Below, piece after piece: positions 9,842 through 21,969 of a stretch of DNA of 64,000 nt. Position 1 is the stretch's first letter, and every line of letters starts with the position of its first letter. Under the pieces are notes generated by a model that was not told the DNA's origin, did no database searches, and saw only the letters and a list, made by a program, of their open reading frames with translations. Position numbers and translations under genes: made by a program. Where the stretch lies: positions 1 to 64,000 of the IMG/VR virus record IMGVR_UViG_3300042544_001590; one strand, written 5' to 3'.

Positions 9842-10522
9842 ATGACGAATCTTAATTTACCCGTGCTATTGGTCGGGGATACACATGGAGATTGGGATGC
9901 ACTCTTCCGCAAGCTGGAATACCTACAAATAGAAGATTGCGTTCTCCTTCATGTGGGCGATATCGGTATTGGATTTAAATCTCCTGATAAACAACATCGG
10001 GAGATCGAGCTTCTAAACAACCGTTTCAAGAAGCGTAATATTCAATTCAAAGGGTGTAGGGGTAATCATGATGACCCCAAATACTTCCTTGGTAGTGTCA
10101 TCCATTCCAATTTTGAATTGATTCGTGATTACTCTTATCAGAAGTTCAATGGGGAGCGTTTCCTATTCGTCGGGGGTGCCGTGAGTATTGATCGTCGTAT
10201 GCGAGTCCCCAACATGTCATGGTGGGAGGATGAAGCGTTTGTATTGAAGCCAGAACTTGTGGATAAGGTAGATGTGTTGATAACACACTCAGCACCTCAA
10301 TGGATTGGGGATTTTCAAAAATCTGGGATCGCCGGATGGTGTGAGAAAGACCCTACGCTTTGGGAGGAATGTGTGAAGGAACGGGAAGATATTGCCAAGC
10401 TGATTGAACTTTGCGGGTGTAAGAAGCATCTCTGTGGGCATTTTCACCAGTCACATTTCGCTTCCCATAATGGGTGTGATAGTCGCATTTTGGATATTTT
10501 AGAAATAGTGGAACACCGATAA
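9842..10522 (+). CDS. Metallophosphoesterase
   Basis: GDTHG, HVGD, RGNHD, THSAP, GHFH. Confidence 0.88.
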   Translation: MTNLNLPVLLVGDTHGDWDALFRKLEYLQIEDCVLLHVGDIGIGFKSPDKQHREIELLNNRFKKRNIQFKGCRGNHDDPKYFLGSVIHSNFELIRDYSYQKFNGERFLFVGGAVSIDRRMRVPNMSWWEDEAFVLKPELVDKVDVLITHSAPQWIGDFQKSGIAGWCEKDPTLWEECVKEREDIAKLIELCGCKKHLCGHFHQSHFASHNGCDSRILDILEIVEHR

Positions 10523-11204
10523 AAACTAGAATACAATACGGACATGAAACACAAAATTGACGAAGAGATCGTCTTCAAAACCTACGATGATAATGCGCTG
10601 ATTCACTTTGAAGTCACGCTCTGTAAATTCCCATCCGAAAGAATCGGTTGTATGATCCATGGATTGCCTGATCACGGGGAGATCAAGGATTTGGAGACGC
10701 TAGAACGAATCATTGGATGTCTGCAAGCTGCTAAAAAGAAATGGAAAACATTATGACCAATCTTCAATACATCAAAAAGCCATCCAAAAGACGGCAAGCT
10801 GAAGACGCTATCCTAGCTGAGAATGCTTTTAAAGATAACAAATGTGGGGAATATGATCCGAAGATCAACCCCCACGAAGAAGGTATTCGTCACGATAGGT
10901 TTAAGCGATATTACGAAGGAATCCATCGCAAACACGTTGAATATGAGCCGATCTTTCGAGACTTGTGTGAGGTCTATGGATTTGATCCTGAAAAACATTA
11001 TGCATATTGAAAGTTATAAAAACAAACTCATCAAGCATATTGATGACGCAGGAGATTTCGTCGTCAGCGATGATGGATACATTTATTTCTTTCCCGAGAA
11101 ATCAAATGGATACTTATCGGCTCATCAATTGCGGTTTATTGCGGATGAGTTGGACAAGCGCAACAAGCCTTGGGATGATAGCATTACGGAATACTTTAAT
11201 GAAA

Positions 11205-11573
11205 ATGAAAACACTACTAATTCTACTATTGACAATTAACCTTGGACTCTCCCAAGAATACGGAATCGCATCCCATTACTCAGTCAGAACAAATGGGGGG
11301 ACGCACACGGCAAGCGGAATTCCCCTGAGAGATGACGCATACACATTTGCCCATAAAACGCTACCGTTTGGTACGATTGCCAAAATCACCAATCTATCCA
11401 ATGGTAAGAGTGTGATGGTTCGATGTATAAATCGCGGGCCATTTATCAGGGGGCGTATCGTTGACCTTTCCCAAGCTGCTGCCTCCAAGTTGGGATTCCT
11501 GAAAAACGGGATTGTCAAGGTGCGGGTTGATGTGGTCAAGAGGGGAGACGGGAAGACCTATTTTAAAAACTAG
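11205..11573 (+). CDS. RlpA-like double-psi beta-barrel protein (septal lytic transglycosylase family) with signal peptide
   Basis: GIASHY, TASG, AHKTLPFGT, NRGPFIRGRIVDLSQAAA; hydrophobic MKTLLILLL start (true start downstream of ORF-track start). Confidence 0.85.
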   Translation: MKTLLILLLTINLGLSQEYGIASHYSVRTNGGTHTASGIPLRDDAYTFAHKTLPFGTIAKITNLSNGKSVMVRCINRGPFIRGRIVDLSQAAASKLGFLKNGIVKVRVDVVKRGDGKTYFKN

Positions 11574-11587
11574 GTTACAATACGGAT

Positions 11588-14500
11588 ATGAAGCAACCTA
11601 GAAAATTAACGCCCCCAAAAAAGGACGAACGACAATCCATTTACGTGGAAACTAAAAGCACTTGTACCCACGATTATCATGATGGTAAACGATTTGGTGA
11701 TTGGGAAAAGACGTATTCCAATAAAGTTGAGAAAATTTCCAGAAATAAGGATTTGTTGAATAAATGGAATTTTGAAGAATATAAGGTGCCGGATGAAACT
11801 TATGCTGCGTCCACACTGTATTTGGTTGTGGTGACTTATAGCTCTGGTGATTCCTTCGGGAGAAGCGAGGGAAACACATCCGTTGCGTATATCACAGAGA
11901 ATTCTGGGGAAGCCTTGGAAATTAGGGATATGATTAATGTTGGAAAAAAACCTTCCAAGGACGATCAAAAATATCAACATGGGGGATATGCACCATGGGA
12001 CGGACATTTTGAGAGAGTTAGCGATGTTGATATTGTGTTCCTTCCAGTGATGGGTTAAAAACTAGAATACAATACGGATATGAATCAACCAATAGATAAA
12101 ACAGGTGTTCACCGAACCCATTGCTGCTCAAGACATGGGTGTAAGTATGGGGAAGATAATTGTCCAGTAGTTACGGGTGAAGTTATTCAGGAATACCCTT
12201 GCGAGTATTGTGAGGAAGACCCCGCTCCAATATATCAAGTCCACTATATTCAAACTTATTTGTATTACGATAATGATAATTATCTATGTAGTAGTGATGA
12301 TGGTTCATTGGAAGAATATCTTTGTGCTGATTCCATCGAGGAGCTTTATGAGAAGATGGCAAAATGTTTGGTGGATTGGAAGATCACTGGAGAAGAAAGA
12401 TGTAAAAATGACAGTTTTGGGCTTTACGCAAAGGATACTTTTGATGTGGAATTTTCCCCCATTTATATCTATGTTGATGAATACTCCTCAGAGAAATTAA
12501 AAGCCACTAAGACCTATCAGGAAATTGGAGTTGCGCGAGACATCGCCAAGAAAAAACGCGAGGAGAAAGAAAAAGCTGATGCTCTTCGTAGGGCTGAAAA
12601 TGCAAGAATCCTAAAAGAAAAGGAAGAGAAAGCAATTTACAATAGACTCAAAAAGAAATACGAAAAATCATGAACGAACCGATCAAATACGAAAATTTGG
12701 GTGCTGAAATCTTGGCATTGCTTCGATCCAAAGCTGATGCAAAATGGGAATACTATAATCCTCACTTCTTAGTAGCAATTGCCGAAACAATTCAAGATTA
12801 TTATCAATTGGAAGACGAGGTTGTATGGGATTGGATTCAGGATATGGCGGGAGCATAAAATTATGATTAAATTAACAAAAATAGATATTAATCCCAACAG
12901 TGAAGTGATTCAAGCTTCCAATGTTGAGGAATACCGCATTGACCAAGAGCGTGGCACATGGGGTCAATTCTTTGAAGGAAAATCTCCTCCCGTGGACTAT
13001 TGGATCGTGGGAGAGCTTATTGGAGAAATCCAAGTTGGGAAGGCTATTCTCATTGACCGTTGGAATCGCAATGGGGTGGTGATTCGGGGAACCATGCATA
13101 CATCTGAAGTGAAGAAGCTTGAGGAGAACGATGGAGTAACCTATATCACAACCGCAAACAGTCTGTATAAGATGGAGCAAGTGGATGATGAGGATATTTT
13201 GAATTATGAACGAGAAATGCTTCAACTGCAATCGTGATGCCGTATGGTCTTACATGCCGGGAGCGGAATATGCTTGTGATGAATGCGTTCCCCGTGGATG
13301 CTCATGTAATTTTGAGCCAAAGGATGGGGATTGGGAAAATGAAGACCCTACAAATTGGGAAGAACGTGTGGGGGAAGATGGGAGAAAATACCCATGCTGC
13401 GAATGGATGACTTTCGAAAAATGAAAAAGAAATTAATCAATAACGAACAGGAATATAGAGAATTTGTATTCCTACTTCTCAATCATCATGATATTGATAT
13501 TTGGGAAGGTTGTGATATGGATCGACTTAACAGGGCGTTTGACATGTTTGACTCGCAACCCACGGGAAAGATGAGCGAAGAGCAATCAGAATTGTTGAGA
13601 TATTATTTTGAGTGTAAGGACAATCCCAAGCTAAATGAATTAACAGAACTCAAGGAATCCCTTGAATATATTGAAACGTATTATCTTGAGCAGTGTTTCG
13701 GCGTTGTCATCAAACATGACTGTTGGGATACTGATGAAGATGGTAATGATGTTGATGAAGATGGGAATATTATACCCGATGACTCATCCACTCCAGAAGC
13801 TCTAGTATTTGAAGATTGGGTGGGGGGATTAACATATCCATTTCTGATTGTTTATTGGTTCGCCAGCGGTTTTGATAGACTTGGAAAAAATTCAATCTGC
13901 GTTTTAGATTTTGTCGAGTTGAAAGATTTTAAAAACTAGGTTACAATAACCCCATGCACAAATTTATCAAAACAGACGATTGGCAATACATTTTTGACAA
14001 TTATGAATCGGTATATCTCGATGGGTTGAAAGGGAGATTCCTGATCCGTAGTTGGAGAATCGATGAGAACAGTCTTCATGATGGTTTGAATGACATGGCA
14101 AGAGCCTACCAAACCGCTCAACGCCAAGACAGGGAATGGGATGAGAGGGTGTGGTTTCCGTTTCTGGATGAGATCAAGGCAAGGGCTGTTGATAACAAGG
14201 TGATTCTCCATGCCAAACCCACCCATGAATATGGGGGAAAACAAGATCAATGGTGGGAATATGAATATTCAAACACCAGCCCTCGTTATGGGTGGGGTTA
14301 CTCCTTCAATTGGGTTGGAGAACCCGAAGAAAAGATTAATCACGATTTGGGACAAAAGCTTTATGAATTGGATCGCTATCAAAGGAAATTCGGAAATCGT
14401 GTGTTCATGCTTCAAAAGCTGCTTGAGAATTATCTGTTGAAATATGTCTATCGTATCTATAATTACGAATGGCTTGACAAGAACCAATTCTCCGGTAAGA

Positions 14501-14622
14501 TTGTGAAAATCACCTTGCGGGGGGATGAATATTGGTATCGTATTACCACAAACAGAAAAGGTGTGCCTGTGTGGGATAACTTTATCTGGCAATCAAATCA
14601 AACGGAGGAAATTAATCTATGA
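11588..14622 (+). CDS. Run of hypothetical proteins (11588-12058, 12080-12673, 12670-12858, ~12863-13237, 13206-13424, ~13421-13939, 13954-14622)
   Basis: Tightly packed + strand ORFs, several starting at module +1 and ending in the next module. Confidence 0.7.
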
Positions 14623-15311
14623 ATTACAAAATATTAATGGATGAAGACGAATTGGATCGTTTTATTGAATGGTTGCCCGATTTGGAAGAACATGAGACAA
14701 TATACAATGCGTTGTTCACAAGGAAGAAGTATAGTGTCTTATCAACGCATCCTTGGATCAAGGCTGATAAAAACCATATTCGTAGATTTACTTCCAATAA
14801 GGAACGACTAAAGGATAAAATCAAGCAACTTGAATGTCCTTTGGGGTCATATGTGGTAAAAGGTAAAGGTGGTGAAGGGTTTGTAGTGCCTCAAGAAAGT
14901 TTGGTATTATACTGTAGCCCCAATGCCCGTGATCTATGGAAAGCCACCATCCAAGGCGCAATTGACCTTATGAAAGTGGTGCAATGCCAAGGCAAGAACA
15001 GCAATCCCCATCAGGAGATTCTATCCACCATCCAAAGGACTGCTTCCAAGAAAAGGATTGTCACGTTCGATGTGGATGAGAAGAATCAGAACGTTCTGGA
15101 TCGCTTCACCGATGTTTGCGGCAAAGCTGTGGACGTTGTGGAGACGCGAGGTGGTTATCACTTCCTAGTCCATCCCAAGGAGATGCCCAAGAACACCAAA
15201 TGGCACCAGACGCTATCGGAGGTAAGTGATGTCACAGGTGACGCTTTACTTCCAATTCCCGGAACTTTTCAGGGAAATTTTTGCCCTCGAATGATTATTA
15301 ATAACCATTAA
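14619..15311 (+). CDS. Hypothetical protein with primase-polymerase-like motifs
   Basis: FDVD ... VETRGGYHFL resemble AEP/PrimPol motifs I and II. Confidence 0.35.
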   Translation: MNYKILMDEDELDRFIEWLPDLEEHETIYNALFTRKKYSVLSTHPWIKADKNHIRRFTSNKERLKDKIKQLECPLGSYVVKGKGGEGFVVPQESLVLYCSPNARDLWKATIQGAIDLMKVVQCQGKNSNPHQEILSTIQRTASKKRIVTFDVDEKNQNVLDRFTDVCGKAVDVVETRGGYHFLVHPKEMPKNTKWHQTLSEVSDVTGDALLPIPGTFQGNFCPRMIINNH

Positions 15312-15367
15312 CCTATGTTCGGTTCTTTTTTAGGTGGATAACCCAGTTTCGAGATTAAATACTCTTA

Positions 15368-16186
15368 ATGAAGAGTATAAAATATCCCGAAAAAGCTGGA
15401 ATTTATAAATTAACCTGTAAAACGAGTGGAAAATTCTATATAGGGAAATCAATAAATATAAGAGATAGAATAAAACGACACGAAAAATCAGCCAAAGACC
15501 TTAAAAATAAATGTCGTATAGTAAAAGCTATAAGAAAATATGGGTGGGACGATTTTGAAGTTGAAATATTGGAAATTTTTGAAGATTTTAATAGAGAATT
15601 TGATGATGCAAAATTATTTTTAATAGAATCTGATTATATAACCAAGCTCAATGCAACTGATGAAAAAGTTGGGTATAATATCTTAACTTGTAATTCTGGT
15701 AAAAACGGGATGAAACATACTGATGAAACAAAGGAAAAACTTAGAAAAGCTAATTTGGGAAAAAAACACAGCGAAGAAACTAAAAAAATGATGTCTGAGA
15801 AATTTTCCGGTGAAAACCATCCGATGTGGGGTAAACATTACACTAAAGAAGCTTTGGTCAAAAAGTCTGGTGAAAATTCATGTTGGTATGGAGTAAAGGG
15901 GGAATCCCACCCTACTTATGGGCGCAAACACACACCAGAAGCTATAAAAATATTAAAAGAAAAAAGACAATTACAAGACACAACACCTTTCAAGAGAAAA
16001 ATAAAACAAATCAATTTAGAAAATGGTGAATGTGTTAAAATATGGGATAGTATTAAAGAGGCTGCTATGTTTTTTGGTGTGAATCCGACTTCCATATCTG
16101 AAGTGTGTAGTAAGAGGAAAAAAGGAAATAGTGTGACAAAAAGATGTAAGGGGTATGGTTGGGAATATTGCGATGTTAAAAACTAG
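15368..16186 (+). CDS. Free-standing GIY-YIG homing endonuclease with NUMOD3 repeats and C-terminal NUMOD1-like HTH
   Basis: AGIYKL...FYIGKS..R...H, GYN, repeated KHT/SEETKxK and GENHPMWGK; AT-rich; TAAATA 6 nt before ATG. Confidence 0.92.
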   Translation: MKSIKYPEKAGIYKLTCKTSGKFYIGKSINIRDRIKRHEKSAKDLKNKCRIVKAIRKYGWDDFEVEILEIFEDFNREFDDAKLFLIESDYITKLNATDEKVGYNILTCNSGKNGMKHTDETKEKLRKANLGKKHSEETKKMMSEKFSGENHPMWGKHYTKEALVKKSGENSCWYGVKGESHPTYGRKHTPEAIKILKEKRQLQDTTPFKRKIKQINLENGECVKIWDSIKEAAMFFGVNPTSISEVCSKRKKGNSVTKRCKGYGWEYCDVKN

Positions 16187-16457
16187 AATACGATAACAAC
16201 AAAATTATGGAGAAATTAGTGTTAAGATATTATTGGTATATCCCGTATGAAGCTGGTGGTGAAGTAAATCATCCATTTGAATACGAATCCAAGGAACAGG
16301 CATTTGTAGATTTTATGGAGCTACGAGAAGACGCTGAATGGGATTTTGAATTTTTGGGGCAAATATTTGATGTGAATGATACTGAAGACGTTCAATTCTT
16401 TACTTTGGAAGAATGGTTTGAAAGATACAAGCTTAAAAACTAGATTACACTGATTCC

Positions 16458-16895
16458 ATGAAAATTGAAATCACCACGGAGGAGAAACAGAAAATTCTCA
16501 AATTCTCCACAGACATCAGACTAAAATTTGATGATGGGGAAGTTGAACCCATTCATAATTCAAAGGAATCCAAAGATTTTGTTCGTGAATTTCTAAAGAG
16601 TCGTGGAATCGGAAAACCGAGGGTTTATGAACAGGGAATCTATGCTTTTGGTGATGTTGGGATGCACACTGACAATCTCTCCCCAAAATCTGCAATGACC
16701 ATGTGTTTATTGATTTCCGGTAGTGGTAAATTGTTCGCTTGGGATGGTAAAAAGGTAAATGAATGTCGTGTCAACAAAGGAGATGGTGTTATTTTCGATT
16801 TCAATCTCCCCCACTCATTTGAAGCTGATAAAACATGCCAAGCATTTCTAGTGGACATTCCAAAAAAATATAAGAAAAATTTACTGAATGAGTGA
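16458..16895 (+). CDS. Cupin / 2OG-Fe(II) oxygenase-like protein
   Basis: MHTD ... GDGVIFDFNLPHS (HxD...H). Confidence 0.5.
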   Translation: MKIEITTEEKQKILKFSTDIRLKFDDGEVEPIHNSKESKDFVREFLKSRGIGKPRVYEQGIYAFGDVGMHTDNLSPKSAMTMCLLISGSGKLFAWDGKKVNECRVNKGDGVIFDFNLPHSFEADKTCQAFLVDIPKKYKKNLLNE

Positions 16896-17991
16896 TATGA
16901 AACTCCCCGACACTGAACAATTTAATTTTAAAGATGTCACCATTGCTGGGGATGACTGTTGGCTGATTACACCATCCAATATGGCTACCAAATGGACTGA
17001 CGACAATGCACGATTTCGTTCATGTATTGTTCGTAAGTCGGATAACTTTGTAGTGTCGCAAGGATTTTCCAAATTTACCAACTTTGGGGAGAAGCCTGAT
17101 TTTCAACCATGGGATAATTCATGGAAGATTGAAGCAATACACAAATTAGACGGAAGTCTTTTGATCGTTTCAAAGTATAAAGGGGAACTTATCATAAGAA
17201 CCCGTGGAACTGTTGATGCTCGTCAAATGGCTAATGGTCATGAGATTGATCTTCTTATAAAGAAATATCCATTCTTTTTCAATTTCTTCACCAATCATAC
17301 TCCCCCAACAATGACTCAATCTATATTGTTTGAGTGGACTACCCCCAAAAACATAATTGTGATCAGAGAACATGAAACTCCCACATTGACATTAGTTGGT
17401 GTTGCATCACATGATGTATATGAAACATATTACGCTGGTCAAGAATGGTTGGATGATTTCGCCAAAGTATATGGTCTTACCCGTCCTGAAAAGTATGAAT
17501 ACAATTCCATTGAGGAGTGCATCCTTGATGTATCTGCTTGGAAAGGAAAGGAAGGAGTGGTTTTATACTCTCCCAATGGTCAAACATTAAAGAAAATCAA
17601 AGCAAGCCTCTATTGCGAACTTCATAAAATCGCAACGGGAATGCGAACCATTTCCAATGTGCTTGATGTGTTCATGGAGTCTCCCCGATTTGTGGAATAC
17701 CAAGATTTTTATAATTTCCTCTGTAACTCACTTGATTTTGAAATCGCGGAACGTGTCAAAGATGATATCGCCAAAATCACGGAAGCATACGGCAAATTCA
17801 TCCATTCCGTCAACACCATTGAACGTGCCATGGGATACATCTCCAAGCTGGACTCCCGTAAGAAGCAAGCAATGGCTATTCAGGAGCATTGGGACGGCTG
17901 GATGGTTCCGGTTAGCTTTTCATTGCTTGACAACAAGCCAATCGATGATAAGCTGGTGAAGAAATCAATGGAGAAGCTACTGAATCTATGA
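16888..17991 (+). CDS. RNA ligase 1 (T4 Rnl1-like)
   Basis: KFTNFGE, KLDGSLLI (motif I), FEW, KEGVVL (IV), KIK (V). Confidence 0.8.
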   Translation: MSDMKLPDTEQFNFKDVTIAGDDCWLITPSNMATKWTDDNARFRSCIVRKSDNFVVSQGFSKFTNFGEKPDFQPWDNSWKIEAIHKLDGSLLIVSKYKGELIIRTRGTVDARQMANGHEIDLLIKKYPFFFNFFTNHTPPTMTQSILFEWTTPKNIIVIREHETPTLTLVGVASHDVYETYYAGQEWLDDFAKVYGLTRPEKYEYNSIEECILDVSAWKGKEGVVLYSPNGQTLKKIKASLYCELHKIATGMRTISNVLDVFMESPRFVEYQDFYNFLCNSLDFEIAERVKDDIAKITEAYGKFIHSVNTIERAMGYISKLDSRKKQAMAIQEHWDGWMVPVSFSLLDNKPIDDKLVKKSMEKLLNL

Positions 17992-18276
17992 AATTGGAAC
18001 AATTACTAAAAACAACACCAGAGACGCTTGCAGTGGAACAACATGCTGCTCTCAAGGAACATGTCATCAAGGTGTTGGAATCAACCCTTCAAGCGGTGAA
18101 GGATGAGTATTATAGCGCAATCCAAGAATTAACCATTGATTCTCCTGCCGGAGATGGATATGGTTGTAACAACAATTTCATAAATTTTGGATATAATGAA
18201 AAAGACCCACTTGATATTTGCGATGTCATGGAACGGTTGATTGAATTGAAAAAGATTGCAAAGAAAAAATAATATT

Positions 18277-18513
18277 ATGAAAAAACAATACACATTAGCA
18301 ACATCATCCCAATGTGGCCCCTGTTACACCCTCAAATCCCGAATTGAAAAGGAGAAGCTTGAGGTTGAGATCAAGGACTACACCAATCCCGAAAACATCG
18401 AATGGTTTAAGAAACATGGTATCCGTGCCGTCCCCCGTCTGGTGATTGAGGATGGGGATAACGTGGAGATCATCCAAGGTATTGAGGAAATCATCGAAGC
18501 ATTAAAGAAATGA
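18277..18513 (+). CDS. Glutaredoxin/thioredoxin-like protein
   Basis: CGPC active site, GIRAVP. Confidence 0.8.
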   Translation: MKKQYTLATSSQCGPCYTLKSRIEKEKLEVEIKDYTNPENIEWFKKHGIRAVPRLVIEDGDNVEIIQGIEEIIEALKK

Positions 18514-18760
18514 AACAACAACCATCCTCAATAGAAGCTCAATGGGAAGTTGAACTGAATTGCAAATGCCCCGAATGTGGGGAATTTGTCAATCTTCTAG
18601 AAGCTCCCGATTTTTGGGATGGACGAGGATGGTTGGACATCCCACAGCATAATACGGAAGCAACCAATAATCTGGAAGTTGATTGTCCTGAATGTGAGCA
18701 CTTTTTTGAAGTGTGTTGTGTGTGGTAATCTTTAAAAACTAGAATACAATAATTTCCAAT

Positions 18761-18949
18761 GATCGCTTCGGCAGCATCACAACATTGCCAGAACCTCCCT
18801 CTACCATTCACTTGGCAAGGAGACTGGCGGGATCGAGAAATGGAGCCTTCGGGTGTGCGGAAAAAGTCAGTAATGACAGGCATAAATTCCATATATCCCC
18901 AAACTCGGATGCTGAAAAGGTGGGCGCACACCGTTCCGAAGCGATCACC
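18761..18949 (+). ncRNA. Unknown ~190-nt pseudoknotted RNA with terminal stem and 3' ACC
   Basis: TGATCGCTTCGG (18760) pairs with CCGAAGCGATCA (18936); CAGCATC/GATGCTG; GGTGTGCG/CGCACACC crossing it; TTGCCA/TGGCAA; GTCA-GTAA-TGAC; follows module at 18733. Confidence 0.7.
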
Positions 18950-19093
18950 TTTTTAATATGGACAAGAAAGTAAAAATTCATAAATTTTGGATACCTGCAA
19001 CATCTACTGTTGGGGTATCAAGAGATAGGCTTTTCGTTGCAAAGGCTGATTATGATAGAGTGATAAAGCGTATTAAAGAACTTGAAGAAAAAC

Positions 19094-19741
19094 ATGATTA
19101 AAATTAAGAAAAAACGCAAGGATTACGATAAAATCCTATTCATTTCAGACACGCACTTTGGACATGACAAGCCGTTCCTATGGGAGCCAAGGGGATTCCA
19201 ATCTGCCAAAGATCATGATGAATGGATTCAGGATCAGATTGATTCCATTTCTCCTGAGAGTCTGCTTATTCACGTTGGCGATGTGGGCTTGTCAGTTGGG
19301 GCAGAGCGCATCAAAGACTTTATGCTAACATTCCCCTGTGAAACTCTGATGGTGAGGGGCAACCACGATTCAGGAGTTCAACAACTCTATCAAGAGCATC
19401 TACCGGAAGGTTTTCAGAATTGTGAATTGTATCCAATTCGTATTACGCCAAACATTACGTTGTTGGGTTATGAATTCCTATTGGATATTGATCGTGATCA
19501 ATTCTATGTGAGGCACATGGCAGCGTTGGTTTACCCCTTCTGTAATAAAAATTATTCACATATCTGCGGTCACTCCCATGGCAATCTAAAGCAAGCCAAT
19601 CCTGATGGGAATGGTTTTGGTAAGATGCTTGATGTGGGGGTGGAGAATGCCAAGAGGTATAATGGAACCGCTTTCTTCAAGCTGGAGGAAATTGTGGATA
19701 TCATGGCTAGGAAAGAAACATCGAAATTTGATCATCACTGA
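19094..19741 (+). CDS. Metallophosphoesterase
   Basis: SDTHFGH, HVGD, RGNHD, CGHSHG, LDVGVE. Confidence 0.88.
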   Translation: MIKIKKKRKDYDKILFISDTHFGHDKPFLWEPRGFQSAKDHDEWIQDQIDSISPESLLIHVGDVGLSVGAERIKDFMLTFPCETLMVRGNHDSGVQQLYQEHLPEGFQNCELYPIRITPNITLLGYEFLLDIDRDQFYVRHMAALVYPFCNKNYSHICGHSHGNLKQANPDGNGFGKMLDVGVENAKRYNGTAFFKLEEIVDIMARKETSKFDHH

Positions 19742-20207
19742 TATGAAAGAATTAATTGAAAAGGTTGAAAAAACCAAAAAATGGATGAACTCCACGTTTC
19801 ACAAGTTGGATACTTTTGATGTTGATCTTGACATTGAGGAAACGGGTGTTAATCTTGAAAAGCTTGAGAAACGGATAGCCAATCTCCGAAAGGAATGGGA
19901 AATTGAATATTCATATCTTGAAAACGAAAAACAAAATAACACATATGACAAACAGTAAAAAAACAGATACACGAACAATGCGTAGAGACAAAAAATGGCT
20001 TCGCAGCCCGGATCAACGGAAACGGATGAAAATTTTCCAAGTGGAGATGATCCAACGCAAGGATGGTTCTTTCCATATTTTGGGAGGAGGAGCTTCAGCG
20101 GTGTTGAGAACAAATGCTAAACATTCAATCACCGTACCTGTTGATGTCCGTGATTTGGCAACGGAGATGCGGATGAATGGTGTGACATCGTTCTAATCCA
20201 TAATAAT

Positions 20208-20254
20208 GAAAATTCCGTCTCCTCTTTTTATGTTTTGAGGAGGCGGAATTTTTC
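20208..20254. terminator. Intrinsic terminator-like hairpin
   Basis: AAAATTCCGTCTCCTC-loop-GAGGAGGCGGAATTTTT with T tail. Confidence 0.7.
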
Positions 20255-20634
20255 TTTAAAAAATAGACTATAATAAGATCATGAATGGATACTTGGGAGA
20301 ATTTGAAGTGGATATGGAAGACACGCCATACAAGGATTATGATAAATCCGATTGGATGGTGGAATATATCCAAATGTATGGAGGTATTGATGGTAGCCAT
20401 CACAAGGATTGGGTGATGGATCAATGCATCCGTATTTGGAGTGGTTCAGAAGTGATTGTTAAGGAAGCTCGCTGGAAAGATGGAGAGCGAGAGTATTCGG
20501 AATTTAGAATCAATGTCGGAGAACCCACCAAAAAATATGAAAAATTGGTGGAGGATACCGAAGAAGAAGGATATGAATGGAATCAAGGAATAGCACCTTA
20601 AAAACTAGAATACGATTATGCCAACAGGATAAAA

Positions 20635-21969
20635 TTATCCAAAATCTGAGTAACCACTAACAAGTGATTTCTCAGATTTCAGACTAAAACAACTCCATCG
20701 ACTAAAATCATAGTCCTTGAAGAGAAACCTTAATTCGTTCAGTTTCTTATTATCTCTCAGATATTCATGAATGCCTTTGTAACCAATATTCTTAGGGTTA
20801 TAGTCCGATAGAATTGAATTCCATCTCTCTTTTATCAGACCCCTATTAATCTTTGGATATAAGACATCCACATCTGAAAATTCTTTACGCTTTTTGATAT
20901 AGCGATTTAAAAACACATGGCAACGGCGAGCAATTTCTAATGCTGCCGCAATGCTGTCGGTTTCCTCTGGATGATCAAGACATCCAACGGTGGAAGAATA
21001 CGCACATATAATCTCTTGGTTTTTGATACCAAGAATGTTAAGACGCTTAATGAGGTTTTGTGAAAATTTTAAACGATTCCAAGAGTTATTAAGGAGTCTA
21101 TTTAGCTTACGTCCTTTATTGTGGTCTTTAGAAGACATTGTAAGCTTCTCAAGACCCACACATTCCACTTTATAATATTTACAGAGATTTGATATGGATT
21201 TGGCAATTTCTACAACCTCGTGATCCTTTTTATTCTTACTATACGTCTCATTCAGCTTGGTAAGATCATAAACACTCTTATGGATGATAGTATCATCATT
21301 GAAATCCCTGATTGTAAATGCGATGTAATTGGGATTTAAATCCAATCCTGTGATTCTATTTTCAATAAATTGGTGTTCTTGTTCCATTAAGACAGATTCA
21401 TCAAAAGTAATATAAATATAATTATTATCTAATTTATAAGTGATCGGGGTGGAATTAAATTCAAAATACGATTGTAACTTTTCAAGCATCTTCCATCTGG
21501 AATTTGAAGTATTTAATTTCAAATTATAATGATCATTTTTAGTGCGTTTGAATATAATTTGTTTATTTATAATATCTAATTTTAATTTTCTATTACCGAG
21601 GGGTTCGTTCCGACCACCATTAAAAAAAGCTGGTCGGCTGTTTTTAATATTATTAAATTCTTCTTTAGTAATTATGCCTTTATTAAAACGTTTCCACTGA
21701 TTAAGTGATCCAAATGTTGTTTTGGTTTGTTTACACTCTTTAGCGGATTTAAAGAGAGCGGAAGCATCTCCAATTTGTGCTGCAAGGATGCTGGCATCAA
21801 CCAAATCATAATTAACATTGTAAGAACTCTTGATTTTTCTGGTGGCGTGGGTGATATCGTGTTTTTCCTTTTTGAAAATATTGAAAGCAATTCTTTTGAT
21901 CTTGTTGCATTCCTTGAGGAATGGTGCAAGATCGGAATCACATTCATATTTGACTTTGAGAGTAGTCAC
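20635..21969 (-). CDS. tnpB: TnpB/Cas12f-like RNA-guided RuvC nuclease, no TnpA
   Basis: RuvC I GLDLNPNYIA, II VGLEKL, III ETDSIAAALEIARR; AYSS motif; no zinc finger; probable GTG start 5 nt after TAAATA. Confidence 0.75.
   Translation of the reverse strand: MTTLKVKYECDSDLAPFLKECNKIKRIAFNIFKKEKHDITHATRKIKSSYNVNYDLVDASILAAQIGDASALFKSAKECKQTKTTFGSLNQWKRFNKGIITKEEFNNIKNSRPAFFNGGRNEPLGNRKLKLDIINKQIIFKRTKNDHYNLKLNTSNSRWKMLEKLQSYFEFNSTPITYKLDNNYIYITFDESVLMEQEHQFIENRITGLDLNPNYIAFTIRDFNDDTIIHKSVYDLTKLNETYSKNKKDHEVVEIAKSISNLCKYYKVECVGLEKLTMSSKDHNKGRKLNRLLNNSWNRLKFSQNLIKRLNILGIKNQEIICAYSSTVGCLDHPEETDSIAAALEIARRCHVFLNRYIKKRKEFSDVDVLYPKINRGLIKERWNSILSDYNPKNIGYKGIHEYLRDNKKLNELRFLFKDYDFSRWSCFSLKSEKSLVSGYSDFG

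Noticed and set aside
15311-16186. Group I intron around the GIY-YIG gene
   Set aside because: Flanking genes appear complete and there is no room for an intron core; treated as free-standing
18759-18973. ORFs 18759-18956 and 18785-18973 as proteins
   Set aside because: No recognisable motifs; region better explained by extensive base pairing and tRNA-like flanks
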